DNA from: an uncultured Candidatus Binatia bacterium
GTDB lineage: Bacteria; Desulfobacterota; Binatia; UBA9968; JAJDTQ01
Length of the DNA: 64,000 bases
Reading direction: 5' to 3'
NCBI GenBank assembly: GCA_965213675.1
Contig: OZ243916.1
Span: 1,504,001-1,568,000 of the forward strand
The notes beneath the pieces were generated by a model that was not told the origin of the DNA, made no database searches, and saw only the letters and a list, made by a program, of their open reading frames with translations. Below are positions 47,796-58,061 of the stretch, in pieces. Within the stretch, counting starts at the first letter, position 1. The number at the start of each line of letters is the position of its first letter. Position numbers and translations under genes: made by a program.

Positions 47796-50700
47796 TCAAG
47801 CCAGGGCGGACGCCGCCGCTCCCACGGGCTCGACCTGGCGCGCGGCCATCTCCCGCAACGCCCGGCGGTAGTCCACCGGCATGACCTTCACGAACGATTC
47901 CTGAAGCTCGGACCAGCGCTCCAGCACGTATGCGCCGCGGTCGCTGCCGGTGCAGCGCACGTGGGCTTCGATGAGACGGCGCACGTGGGCGATGTCGTCG
48001 TCATCGTCCAGGGGCTCAAGGTCCACCATCTGCCGGTTGCACAGGCCGGGGAACGCGCCCTCTTCGTCCAGCACGTAGGCGATGCCGCCGCTCATGCCAG
48101 CGGCGAAGTTGCGCCCCACCGGGCCGATCACCACCACGCGGCCGCCGGTCATGTACTCGCAGCCGTGGTCGCCGACACCCTCGATGACCGTCTCGGCGCC
48201 GCTGTTGCGCACCGCGAAGCGCTCCCCGGCGCGGCCGCGGAAGAAGGCCTGGCCGCCGGTGGCGCCGTACAGCGCCACGTTGCCGATGATGATGTTCTCG
48301 GTGGGATTGAACGCGGCGTTGGCCGGTGGGTACACCGCCATGAGCCCGCCCGACAGTCCCTTGCCGGTGTAGTCGTTGGATTCGCCTTCCAGGAACAGCG
48401 AGACCCCCGGCGCCAGGAATGCCCCGAAGCTTTGTCCCGCCGAGCCGGAGAGGTTGACGTGGATGGTGTCCGGCGGCAGGCCGTCCTCGCCGTAACGGCG
48501 CGACACCTCGGCGCTCAGCAAAGTGCCGGCGGTACGGTCGATGTTGTGGATCTCGTGATGAATCACCACCGGCTTGCGCTCTTCCAACGCATCCCGGGCC
48601 GCCTCGATGAGCCGCTGATCGAGCTTGGCGTCAAGGCCGTGGTCCTGGGTCTGGCAACAGTAGCGCGCCACCGAGGACGGCGCCTCCACCAGCGCCAGCA
48701 GCTTCGAGAAGTCCAGTCCCCTGGCCTTCCAGTGGTCGATGGCCGCACGCGTGTCGAGGCAGTCGGCGCGCCCCACCATCTCGTTGACCGTGCGGAACCC
48801 CAGCTCGGCCATGATCTCGCGCATCTGCTCGGCAATGAAGGTCATGAAGGCAACCACGTGCTCGGGCTTGCCGGTAAACTTCTTGCGCAACTCCTCGTCC
48901 TGGGTGGCCACGCCCACCGAACAGGTGTTCAAGTGACACTTGCGCAGCATGATGCAGCCGCTCACCACCAGCGCGGTGGTGGCGAAGCCGAACTCCTCGG
49001 CCCCCAGCATGCAAGCGATGGCCACGTCCCGGCCGGTCTTGAGCTGGCCGTCGGTCTGCACCACGATGCGGCCGCGCAGGTCGTTCTGCACCAGCACCTG
49101 CTGCGTCTCCGCCACACCCAGCTCCCAGGGAATGCCCGCGTGCTTCATGGAGGACTCCGGCGACGCGCCGGTGCCGCCGTCGTAGCCGCTGATGAGCACC
49201 ACGTCGGCCTTGCCCTTGGAGACCCCGGCCGCCACCGTGCCTACCCCCACCTCGGCCACGAGCTTTACGTGGATGCGCGCGCGGTGGTTGGCGCACTTGA
49301 GGTCGTGGATGAGCTGGGCCAGGTCTTCGATGGAATAGATGTCGTGGTGCGGCGGCGGCGAGATGAGCCCCACCCCCGGTGTGGACTTGCGCACCTTGGC
49401 AATGGGCTCGAACACCTTGTGGCCCGGCAACTGCCCGCCCTCGCCGGGCTTGGCGCCCTGGGCCATCTTGATCTGCAGGTCGGAGCAATTCACCAGATAG
49501 TTGCTCGTGACACCGAAGCGTCCGGACGCCACCTGCTTGATGGCGCTGTTGCGCCAGTCGCCGTTCTCGTCCGGGTGGTAGCGGTCCGGGTCCTCGCCGC
49601 CCTCACCGGAGTTGCTGCGCCCGCCGATGCGGTTCATGGCGATGGCCAGGTTCTCGTGCGCCTCCTTGCTGATGGAGCCGTAGGACATGGCGCCGGTGGA
49701 GAAACGCCGGACGATCTCGGACGCGGGCTCCACTTCCTCGATGGGCACCTCCGGCTGCATGGGCCGGAACTCGAACAGCCCCCGCAGCGTGCCCAGCAGG
49801 CGGGTCTGATCGTCGATCTGCTTCGTGTACTCGCGGAACAGATCGTAGTCCGCGGTGCGCGTGGAGTCCTGGAGCAACGCGATGGTGTGGGGGTTGAACA
49901 GGTGGTGCTCGCCGTCCTTGCGCCACTGGTAGTAGCCGCCCACGTCCAGGGTGCCGTTGCTCGCCACGGCGCGCTCGGGCCAGCCGTGGTGGTGGTGCTG
50001 CCGGTATTCCTGTTCGATCTCGTTCAGACCCACGCCCTCGACGCGCGACGCGGTCCAGGTGAAGTACTTGTCGATGACCGACTGCCTGAGGCCGATGGCC
50101 TCGAAGATCTGCGCGCCGTGATACGACTTGATGGTGGAGATGCCCATCTTCGACATGGTCTTGAGCACGCCCTTGCCCAGCGCCTTGATGACGTTGGCGC
50201 GGGCCTGGTCGCCGGGGATGTCCGCGTCGCCCAGCAGGCCGTCGCGGCACATCCACTCCACCGTCTCCAGGGTCAGATAGGGATTGATGGCGTTGGCGCC
50301 GTAGCCGATGAGCAGGCAGCAGTGCATCACCTCCCGGGCCTCGCCTGATTCCACCACCACGGCGGCGCTGGTGCGCAGCCCCTCGCGGATGAGGTAGTGG
50401 TGCACGGCCGCGGTGGCCAGCAGGCTGGGAATCTGGATCGTGTCCGGCCCCACGCCCCGGTCGGACAGAACCAGCACCGTGGCGCCGCGCTCCTTGATGG
50501 CGCGGCCGGCTTCCATGCACAGGGCGTCCACGGCCTCCTCCAGCGCCCCCGCCGGAGCGGAGCGGGAGAACACGGCCGGCAGCGTCTCGGCCTTGAGTCC
50601 CGGACGGTCGAGCGCCTTGATGCGAGCCAGCTCGCGGTTGGAGATCATCGGCCGGTCGAGCTGGAGCTGGCGGCAATGTTCCGGAGTCTCGGCGAAGAGG

Positions 50701-52355
50701 TCCTGCTCGGAGCCGATGGAGGTCCGCAGCGCCGTTACCAGCTCCTCGCGGATGGCGTCCAGCGGCGGATTGGTCACCTGGGCGAAGAGCTGCTTGAAAT
50801 AGTGGAACAGCAACTGCGGCTTGTTGGACAGCACCGCCAGCGGCGCGTCGTTGCCCATGGAGCCCACCGGCTCCTCGCCGCGCATCGCCATGGGACCGAT
50901 GAGAATCTTCAGTTCCTCGGTGGTGTAGCCGAAGGCGCGCTGCCGTTCCGGGAGGGTCTCCGGGTCGTACCCAGGAGACGCCACGGGTTCGGGCAAATCG
51001 TCCAGCGTGATCATTTCCCGGTCGAGCCACTGGCGGTAGGGCCGGCGCGTGCTGACCTGGTGCTTGATCTCGTCGTCGGCGATGATGCGCCCCTCCAGCG
51101 TGTCCACCAAAAGCAGGCGCCCCGGCTGCAACCGCCCGCGCATGAGGATGCGGTCCGCCGGCACGTCGAGCACGCCGGCCTCGGAGGCGCCGACAATGAA
51201 GTCGTCCCGGGTGACCACGTAGCGGAAGGGCCGCAATCCGTTCCGGTCCAGGGTGGTGCACACGCGGTCGCCGTCGCATGCGGCGATCAGCGCGGGGCCG
51301 TCCCACGGCTCCATGAGGCAGGCGTGGTAGGCGTAGAACGCCTTCTTCTCGTCCGACATGGTCTCATGGTTCTCCCACGCCTCGGGGATCATCATCATGA
51401 GGGCGTGGGGCAGCGAGCGGCCGGTGGACACCAGCAGTTCCAGAGCGTTGTCGAAGCCCGCGGTGTCGCTGGCTCCTTCGCGGATGATGGGGCTCAGCTT
51501 GGCCATGTCGTCGCCGAACAGCGGCGACGAGAACAACGCCTCCCGCGCCCGCATCCAGTTCTGGTTGCCCCGGATGGTGTTGATCTCGCCGTTGTGGCAC
51601 AGCATGCGGTAGGGGTGCGCCAGACGCCACGAGCCGAGCGTGTTGGTGCTGTAACGCGAATGCACGAGCGCCAAGGCCGAAATGATGGAGTCGTCGGACA
51701 GGTCCCCGTAGAAGGCATCCAGTTGATCGGCGCGCAGGAGCCCCTTGTACACCACCGTCTTGCTGGACAGGCTGGAGATGTAGAAGTCGTCGCGCACCTC
51801 GGGAGGGAGGCCCGCGTCCACGGCGTTCTCGATGGCCTTGCGGGTGACGTAGAGCTTGCGCTCGAACGCGTCCGGGGAAGCCGTCTCCGGGCCGGCGCCG
51901 ATGAAGAACTGCCGGATCAGCGGCGCCACCTGGGCGGCCAACTCGCCGCACTGGGTGAAATCCGCGGGCACGTCGCGCCAACCCAGAAATTCCTGACCCT
52001 CGTCCCGAACGGTTTGCTCCACCGCCTGTTCGCACCACCGGTGATGTCCGGTCTCCCGCGGCAGGAAAGCCATGCCGACACCGTAACCGCCCGGCTCCGG
52101 CAGCGCGATGCCCATGGGCTGGCACTGCCGCTGGAAGAAGGCGTGGGGGATCTGAAACAGAATGCCGGCGCCATCCCCTGTGCGCGGGTCGCAGCCGCAC
52201 GCACCCCGGTGCTCCAGGTTGATCAATACCTCGACGGCGCGACGGATGATGTCGTGGGTCCTGTGGCCGTTCAGGTTCGCCACGATGCCCACGCCGCAGG
52301 CGTCGTGGTCGTACGCGGGGTCGTATAGTCCTTGGAATTTGTGGTGCTTCGTCAT
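47796..52355 (-). CDS. gltB: Glutamate synthase large subunit
   Basis: DACGVG (Ntn Cys), [58 protein letters not shown]. Confidence 0.98.
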   Translation of the reverse strand: MTKHHKFQGLYDPAYDHDACGVGIVANLNGHRTHDIIRRAVEVLINLEHRGACGCDPRTGDGAGILFQIPHAFFQRQCQPMGIALPEPGGYGVGMAFLPRETGHHRWCEQAVEQTVRDEGQEFLGWRDVPADFTQCGELAAQVAPLIRQFFIGAGPETASPDAFERKLYVTRKAIENAVDAGLPPEVRDDFYISSLSSKTVVYKGLLRADQLDAFYGDLSDDSIISALALVHSRYSTNTLGSWRLAHPYRMLCHNGEINTIRGNQNWMRAREALFSSPLFGDDMAKLSPIIREGASDTAGFDNALELLVSTGRSLPHALMMMIPEAWENHETMSDEKKAFYAYHACLMEPWDGPALIAACDGDRVCTTLDRNGLRPFRYVVTRDDFIVGASEAGVLDVPADRILMRGRLQPGRLLLVDTLEGRIIADDEIKHQVSTRRPYRQWLDREMITLDDLPEPVASPGYDPETLPERQRAFGYTTEELKILIGPMAMRGEEPVGSMGNDAPLAVLSNKPQLLFHYFKQLFAQVTNPPLDAIREELVTALRTSIGSEQDLFAETPEHCRQLQLDRPMISNRELARIKALDRPGLKAETLPAVFSRSAPAGALEEAVDALCMEAGRAIKERGATVLVLSDRGVGPDTIQIPSLLATAAVHHYLIREGLRTSAAVVVESGEAREVMHCCLLIGYGANAINPYLTLETVEWMCRDGLLGDADIPGDQARANVIKALGKGVLKTMSKMGISTIKSYHGAQIFEAIGLRQSVIDKYFTWTASRVEGVGLNEIEQEYRQHHHHGWPERAVASNGTLDVGGYYQWRKDGEHHLFNPHTIALLQDSTRTADYDLFREYTKQIDDQTRLLGTLRGLFEFRPMQPEVPIEEVEPASEIVRRFSTGAMSYGSISKEAHENLAIAMNRIGGRSNSGEGGEDPDRYHPDENGDWRNSAIKQVASGRFGVTSNYLVNCSDLQIKMAQGAKPGEGGQLPGHKVFEPIAKVRKSTPGVGLISPPPHHDIYSIEDLAQLIHDLKCANHRARIHVKLVAEVGVGTVAAGVSKGKADVVLISGYDGGTGASPESSMKHAGIPWELGVAETQQVLVQNDLRGRIVVQTDGQLKTGRDVAIACMLGAEEFGFATTALVVSGCIMLRKCHLNTCSVGVATQDEELRKKFTGKPEHVVAFMTFIAEQMREIMAELGFRTVNEMVGRADCLDTRAAIDHWKARGLDFSKLLALVEAPSSVARYCCQTQDHGLDAKLDQRLIEAARDALEERKPVVIHHEIHNIDRTAGTLLSAEVSRRYGEDGLPPDTIHVNLSGSAGQSFGAFLAPGVSLFLEGESNDYTGKGLSGGLMAVYPPANAAFNPTENIIIGNVALYGATGGQAFFRGRAGERFAVRNSGAETVIEGVGDHGCEYMTGGRVVVIGPVGRNFAAGMSGGIAYVLDEEGAFPGLCNRQMVDLEPLDDDDDIAHVRRLIEAHVRCTGSDRGAYVLERWSELQESFVKVMPVDYRRALREMAARQVEPVGAAASALA

Positions 52356-52763
52356 GTTCAACCGACCTCTGCGGAACGCGCCGGCACGTCCCAGGAGCAT
52401 GCCGCCGCTGCTCGAAACCATCGCGCTTACCACAAAACAGACCCGAATGCAGCCACCCCGCAACCCACGGAACGGCTGCGCGTGCAAGCCTGTGCAAGCA
52501 TGTTGGAGCGATCAGGAATCTACTGCGAGGATCTACTGCGAGGTCAGCGAAGTGCCGTGCCCTTGCGCGACACCACACCGAAGAAACGAAACGCGGTCCG
52601 CCGCGGTGAGCCCTCGATTGTTTCCGTCGATTTCACCGCAAACTTTAACAAGATGGAACGGTTTGCGCCATCGCGGTATACGAGAATACCCTAAGGAACA
52701 ACTGGGCAACTCAGCCTGACCGCTTTTCCTGGAGTTGTGACAACTGATCGGGAGAAACCCACC

Positions 52764-53960
52764 ATGACCTTGGATCTACCGACATTGCAGACTGCCGTAG
52801 CCGGCACGGCGGCAGCGTTCCGTTGCGTAACCACCTATCAGCCGGCGGGAGGCGCCGGCGACAAAGTCTTCCCCCCTACCTACGAAGGTGGAAGATACGC
52901 CACGGAGGAGCGAGTCGATCCCGCGACCGGCGAACACCGACCCTGTGTCCTTCTGGATTCCGTGCAGTCGCAGGCAAACCGCATGGAGTTGGCGTTGCTG
53001 GAAGCGCATCGCGCCGGCCAAGTAGCCCTTCCTCTGCTGGTGGCGCGCTTCGATCAGGAAGAACTGCTCAAAAAGTTCACAGTGACCAGCCTTGAAGCGC
53101 CTCACCGTATTGCGGATGCCCTTTTTCGCGACAGCCGCCTGGATGGAATGATCTTTCGCAAGTCAAAGAAGGGGCGAATCCTCGACACTGCAGACGTGCG
53201 GAACGCCACTGATCTGTTTGGTCTGTGTCCGACCGCTTTGGTGTTCGGACTGTGGGACTCGACCGGACCGCGTGGCGGGTTGGGCTGCAAGTTCCAACGG
53301 GCACTCGTGTCTGAAATAGTTGGGTACGACGCGGTGGCGGGGAAGAAGACGTCCAGCCGCATCGACCCTGCGGAGATCATGCGTAGCGCAGCTACGCTCT
53401 ACGAGCGCACGGCTGAAGGCGACGATGCGCCCCGCTGGACCTTGAACAAGGCGGACGGCAGGAAGCTCAAGACCGGACGGCCTTCGGAGGCCAACCACGG
53501 GAACGTCACTCCCACCATTGCGGATGGCGGATTCACCCTGTCGGGAGCCCGGCAAACGACAACCTTGTCGTTGGCGGTCTTGCGACGCCTCCGTTTTCCG
53601 CTCGATGGCGCCGCCACCTCGGACGCCGCTACCGATCTCGCCGCCCGCACCGCACTGGCTGCCATGGGCCTCGCCGCCGGTAGTCTGGCGCGCGTCGATA
53701 CCGACCTCCGTTCTCGCTGCCAACTGTTTGCGGAGCAAGCACCTGTGTGGGAATTGCTCGAGCGTCCTGGTGAAGTGCCACGACAATTTGAACACGGTCC
53801 CGAAGACGCGCTCGAACTGTTGGCGGAGGCGGTCAAGGTGGCCAAAGATGCCGGCCTGCCGTGGGAGGGCCAGATCGAATTGACTCCGTCGCCCGACTTG
53901 GTCGAACTGGTTCGGCGCAGCCAGGAACTGGCGAGCGCTTCGGAGGCGGAGCAAGGCTGA
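52764..53960 (+). CDS. csb1: Type I-G (I-U) CRISPR backbone protein Cas7/Csb1
   Basis: QPAGG.GDKVFPPTY, LLDSVQSQANRME, APHRIADA, PTALVFG.WDS, SRIDP, LRSRC. GGAG RBS before ATG 52764. Confidence 0.9.
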   Translation: MTLDLPTLQTAVAGTAAAFRCVTTYQPAGGAGDKVFPPTYEGGRYATEERVDPATGEHRPCVLLDSVQSQANRMELALLEAHRAGQVALPLLVARFDQEELLKKFTVTSLEAPHRIADALFRDSRLDGMIFRKSKKGRILDTADVRNATDLFGLCPTALVFGLWDSTGPRGGLGCKFQRALVSEIVGYDAVAGKKTSSRIDPAEIMRSAATLYERTAEGDDAPRWTLNKADGRKLKTGRPSEANHGNVTPTIADGGFTLSGARQTTTLSLAVLRRLRFPLDGAATSDAATDLAARTALAAMGLAAGSLARVDTDLRSRCQLFAEQAPVWELLERPGEVPRQFEHGPEDALELLAEAVKVAKDAGLPWEGQIELTPSPDLVELVRRSQELASASEAEQG

Positions 53961-56311
53961 TGTTCGCTCTTGGCATCCGTTACCTGAACGGATGGTCGAT
54001 GGCCGCTGCGGATGGGGCGAGAAAGGAGCGGGCCGAATGGCCGCCGCACCCGGATCGGGTGTTCATGGCCTTGGCCGCGGCTTGGTTCGAGACCGACGGA
54101 GGCGGCTCCGAAGGGGAAGCCCTGCTCTGGCTCGAATCCCTGCCGCCCCCTCAAATCGCCGCGTCGGATGCCGAGTTTCGCGCATCTGTGGTCAGCTACG
54201 TACCCGTCAACGACCCGAGCCTCGGTCGCAAGTTGCCGGCGGGCGGAGGCTTGAACGAGTTGAAGAAGGCCGGACTGGATCAACTCCCGGAGTACCGGTC
54301 GCGCCAGCCCCGCGGTTTTCCTGTCGCCATCCCTCGGGATCCGAAGGTGCACCTGATATGGCCGGACGCCCAAGCAGGTGTGCATCGCGAAGCCCTGGAC
54401 CGGCTGGCTGCCAAAGTCACGCATGTGGGGCATTCGGCATCGTTCGTGCAAGCATGGCTGGAAACCGCCCCGCCCCCGCCCGCGTGGGTTCCGGGGACCG
54501 GCGTCGCGCGTCAGCGCCTGCGTGTGACGAACCCCGGCCGCTTGAAGACGCTGGAAGAGCGCATGAACCGCAACGCCTGGACCGGATACCACGATCTTCG
54601 CCACGAGATCGAGCAGGCCGAGGCCGACATCAAAGCGACGAAGCGCCCGCCCAGGGCGCCTTGGGACTCATTTCCGGATGTGGTTCTGCTGGCCGGCGAA
54701 ATCCAAACCCGACAACATCGCGAGTACGCCGACGCAAAAGCCGCCGACGACGCCGTGGCCGCGGCCAACCTCGTCACCAACCTGGTTGACGAAGCAGCGG
54801 TTGCTGCGGTGCGGACACTGATCGCCCTGGCCAGCAGGAACGGCAGGCCGATCCTGGTCAGCGCGCATGCGTTTGAGGGGCAGGGTCTCAATGCCATTCC
54901 TGCTGCCTTGACGAAACTGCTGAGCGAACGGCTTCGCATCCCGCGCGAGACGACCGTTGTGCAGACGAACATTGTCTCCCACACGGGCGCAGACGGTTAT
55001 GGTCGCCTTGCGCGACAAGCCTGTTTCGACGGCCACATCGAAGCAGGTCAAGAGTACCTTATGGTGGACGACTTCGTCGGCCAGGGCGGTACCTTGGCCA
55101 ATCTGCGCGGCTGGATAGAAAAACAAGGCGGTCGGGTTGTTGGAGCCGTTGCTCTGACCGGCAAACCGTACTCCGCCAGGCTGAACCCTTCGAAGGAGCA
55201 ACTCCATGAACTCCGACAAAAGCACCGGACAGACTTTGAGAAGTGGTGGAAGGCCCACTTCGGCCACGCCTTCGATTGCCTTACTCAATCGGAAGCTCGG
55301 TACCTCGCCCGCTCCCCGGATGTTGACACCATCCGAAATCGCCTTGCTGCGGCAAAGCAAGGTGGAAGTGGATCGAGTCACGGGCGAGGTCCTGGCGAGC
55401 AAAGACAATACGTAAAGGAAATGAAGTCACGTCTGAGAGACCTCTTCCCTGAGGGTGAACCCGTGAGCCTGCGCCCCGTACCGGGCCACTGGCAAGGGTA
55501 CACGGAGGCATTGAAGGAGAGTGTTCCTGAAACACCGGGCTCGGTTTTCGACCCGCGGCTCATTGTCCTCAACATCAAGGGCAAGCGCGTGTCCTTGCCG
55601 GCCACGCTCAAGCTCACCGCGGCTCTGCGCGGCCTGTTGATGCGAGCGTGTGCCGATCAGCCGCCGCCCGAGTGGTTCAGCGGCCATCGCTCGGACGGAA
55701 GGCCAAGCGCCGACCCACATATCGCCCTGATACCCCTTCCCTTCGTCGGCGCCGAACATGCAGACGGTCGCGTCATGGGTTTGGGCCTAGTCCTGCCGGC
55801 CGACCTGGACCCATTGGCAGCCGGCCATTGCCTGGAACCTTTCCTGCACGACCCGGCCACCGGCTTGCCGCGCGAACATCCGTTGTTCGATGGCCAGTGG
55901 TTCGAGTGCGCCATCGAGTTGGAGACACGCGAACGACCGCCGCAGAATCTCCAACCGGCAACATGGACAAGAAAATCGTGCAGTTGGGCAAGCGTAACTC
56001 CAGTAGTCCTGAACCGGCATTTCGACGGGAAGGACAAATGGGCGCGGGCCGCGGACAGTGTGAAAGACGCCTGCCAGCATATCGGCCTGCCCCGCCCCCG
56101 AGAGGTGCTCCTACACCCCGTCTCGCTGGTCGAAAGCGCGCCCCACGCCAGGAACTACCCGCAACTAACCCGCAAGAACGCCGGCGGGGCGCGGAGCCAC
56201 AGCCACGCGGTGATCATCTTTGATGAGCCCGTGCAAGGGCCGGTACTGGTCGGGGCCGGGCGTTTCCGGGGGTATGGATTGTGCCGGCCAATGGATGGGG
56301 GAGGAGAGTAA
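53960..56311 (+). CDS. csb2: Type I-G Csb2 (Cas5-Cas6 fusion) with an internal phosphoribosyltransferase domain, 783 aa
   Basis: N-terminal EWPPHPDRVFMALAAA, YVPVND, VTHVGHSASFV. C-terminal SGH, LPFVG..HADG, W.SVTPVVL, GPVLVGAGRFRGYGLC. The internal ~235 aa contain a PRPP-binding loop, YLMVDDFVGQGGTL. Confidence 0.88.
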   Translation: MFALGIRYLNGWSMAAADGARKERAEWPPHPDRVFMALAAAWFETDGGGSEGEALLWLESLPPPQIAASDAEFRASVVSYVPVNDPSLGRKLPAGGGLNELKKAGLDQLPEYRSRQPRGFPVAIPRDPKVHLIWPDAQAGVHREALDRLAAKVTHVGHSASFVQAWLETAPPPPAWVPGTGVARQRLRVTNPGRLKTLEERMNRNAWTGYHDLRHEIEQAEADIKATKRPPRAPWDSFPDVVLLAGEIQTRQHREYADAKAADDAVAAANLVTNLVDEAAVAAVRTLIALASRNGRPILVSAHAFEGQGLNAIPAALTKLLSERLRIPRETTVVQTNIVSHTGADGYGRLARQACFDGHIEAGQEYLMVDDFVGQGGTLANLRGWIEKQGGRVVGAVALTGKPYSARLNPSKEQLHELRQKHRTDFEKWWKAHFGHAFDCLTQSEARYLARSPDVDTIRNRLAAAKQGGSGSSHGRGPGEQRQYVKEMKSRLRDLFPEGEPVSLRPVPGHWQGYTEALKESVPETPGSVFDPRLIVLNIKGKRVSLPATLKLTAALRGLLMRACADQPPPEWFSGHRSDGRPSADPHIALIPLPFVGAEHADGRVMGLGLVLPADLDPLAAGHCLEPFLHDPATGLPREHPLFDGQWFECAIELETRERPPQNLQPATWTRKSCSWASVTPVVLNRHFDGKDKWARAADSVKDACQHIGLPRPREVLLHPVSLVESAPHARNYPQLTRKNAGGARSHSHAVIIFDEPVQGPVLVGAGRFRGYGLCRPMDGGGE

Positions 56312-56312
56312 C

Positions 56313-58061
56313 GTGACTGAGTTGACCGATGCGGCGCGGGAACACGTGCTACTGACACTGCTCGGAATGAACCCACAGGAGGCACGTTATCGCATAGAGA
56401 ACAAGACGGTGGACGCCACCCTCGCCCCCATCGCCCTGTTTGAGCTATTGCCGGAGGCAGACCGTCCGGACTGGATATTGGCGCTCTGCACGCCAGAGGC
56501 AAAAGGGGCCAGTTTGCCGATCCTCGAAGACGGGTTATCCGGCCAGTGTGTTGTGAAACCCGTTGACATTCCTGCCGGCAACTCTCAGGCGAACGTCCAT
56601 TCCTTCTTGGCTACAGTTGCCGCAGCCATACCGGAGAGAGCTGACCTCACGGTAGATGTTACCCACGGGTTCCGGCATTTTTCGTTCCTTACCTATGTCG
56701 CCGTCCTGTACGTATCGGCGCTTCGAGGCATACGGATACGCGGCGCGTACTACGGCATGTTGAGTCGCAATGATGTGAGTCCTTTTCTCGATTTGCGGCC
56801 GCTTCTTGAACTGCCCCGCTGGCTTCACGCGCTGCAGGTGTTGAAGGATACGGGGAGCGCCGCGTCCATTGCCCGCATCCTCAATGACGGCTCACAAGGA
56901 CAGGCGTCGCGGCGAATCGCAAAACGTCTGTCGCAGTTCTCGGAAGCGTACTTGTCCGGTCTTCCGCTCGAACTCGGCCGTCACGCGGATGAGTTCGAGC
57001 AGCAATCAATGAAGCCATTGAAGAAGCTACTCCAGAAGGATCACGCCTTACCCCTCGGGAACGAGTTGGCTGATCAACTTGCAGGGTTCCTGAAGCCGTT
57101 GGCCTTGGGATCACAAGTTTCAGGGAGCGGGTGGAAGCAAAAGATGGCGCTGTCGAAGGAGGAATTGGAGCGCCAAGCCGCAGTCATCGACAATCTGCTG
57201 CGCCACGGAAGCGTCACAGCCGCATTGGGTCTCATGAACGAGTGGACCGTATCGTGGGTGATTTGGGTCCGCGCGGAACGCAAAAGCGAGTGGCTCGACT
57301 ACCGCAAGGTCCGGCGCGACGCTGCGAGCCGTCTCGGCGCCATAAGGGCCATCGGCAACGACTCTGAATTGTGTTCGCTGTTGACGAAGGAACAGCGTTT
57401 GCTCGGAGCTTTTTGGAGAAAACTGTCTGACCTTCGCAATGGATACCACCACCACGGCATGCGCCCGCAGGTCCTGATCGGCGACGCGCAAACCGAGAAT
57501 GAGCTTCAGTGTGTGCGAGAATACTGGACGACAACGCTACGATCATGCCCTGAGAATTTCAGGTTCTCGCTCGGTGATTCGTCTGGAGGCCAAGTGCTGG
57601 TCAGTCCCATCGGGATGCGGCCCGGCGTACTGTACAGCGCATTGCACGCATGCAAGGGGGACAACAGCAAGAACATGTTGTCGCATTGCCTCGTGATCTG
57701 CTCGCCCGAAACCCAAGGGAGGATCGACGAAGCAGTAGAGCACGCGGGGTACAAAGGGCCTGTTGAACCGCTTGTTATCGAAGACGCATTCGGCGGTGGC
57801 TCCGGGGAAATCCACAGCGTCGTGGCGAGAGGGCGAAAACACATCATCGGCGCCGAGGCCGTCTTCGTGAACGTCACCGGCGGCACGACGCTCATGGGCC
57901 TTGCCGCCGAAGCCCTCGCCAGTGCAGGGCGTGAACTTGCCTGTCCGGTGCGCCGGTTCGGTATGATCGACCGCCGGCCGCCAAGAGAACAGGAGGACGA
58001 CCCCTACCGGGCCGGTGAACCCTTCTGGCTGGACGCGGGAGAAGACAAGGATGCCAACTGA
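56313..58061 (+). CDS. Csx1/TM1812-like CARF-HEPN ribonuclease with an extra C-terminal CARF-like domain
   Basis: GTG start with GGAGGAG RBS. DVTHGFR at 56655, HEPN R-x4-H motif RNGYHH at 57435, and C-terminal VSPIGMRPG ... VNVTGGT at 57870. Confidence 0.82.
   Translation: MTELTDAAREHVLLTLLGMNPQEARYRIENKTVDATLAPIALFELLPEADRPDWILALCTPEAKGASLPILEDGLSGQCVVKPVDIPAGNSQANVHSFLATVAAAIPERADLTVDVTHGFRHFSFLTYVAVLYVSALRGIRIRGAYYGMLSRNDVSPFLDLRPLLELPRWLHALQVLKDTGSAASIARILNDGSQGQASRRIAKRLSQFSEAYLSGLPLELGRHADEFEQQSMKPLKKLLQKDHALPLGNELADQLAGFLKPLALGSQVSGSGWKQKMALSKEELERQAAVIDNLLRHGSVTAALGLMNEWTVSWVIWVRAERKSEWLDYRKVRRDAASRLGAIRAIGNDSELCSLLTKEQRLLGAFWRKLSDLRNGYHHHGMRPQVLIGDAQTENELQCVREYWTTTLRSCPENFRFSLGDSSGGQVLVSPIGMRPGVLYSALHACKGDNSKNMLSHCLVICSPETQGRIDEAVEHAGYKGPVEPLVIEDAFGGGSGEIHSVVARGRKHIIGAEAVFVNVTGGTTLMGLAAEALASAGRELACPVRRFGMIDRRPPREQEDDPYRAGEPFWLDAGEDKDAN

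Noticed and set aside
54660-55365. Csb2 insert as an intein or IS
   Set aside because: There are no Cys/Ser...His-Asn splice junctions, homing-endonuclease motifs, terminal repeats or target duplication. It carries a PRTase motif instead.
55206-55415. Alternative-frame peptide KVEVDRVTGEVL at the end of the PRTase insert
   Set aside because: It is short, has no RBS and is fully nested in csb2, so it cannot be supported as a gene.
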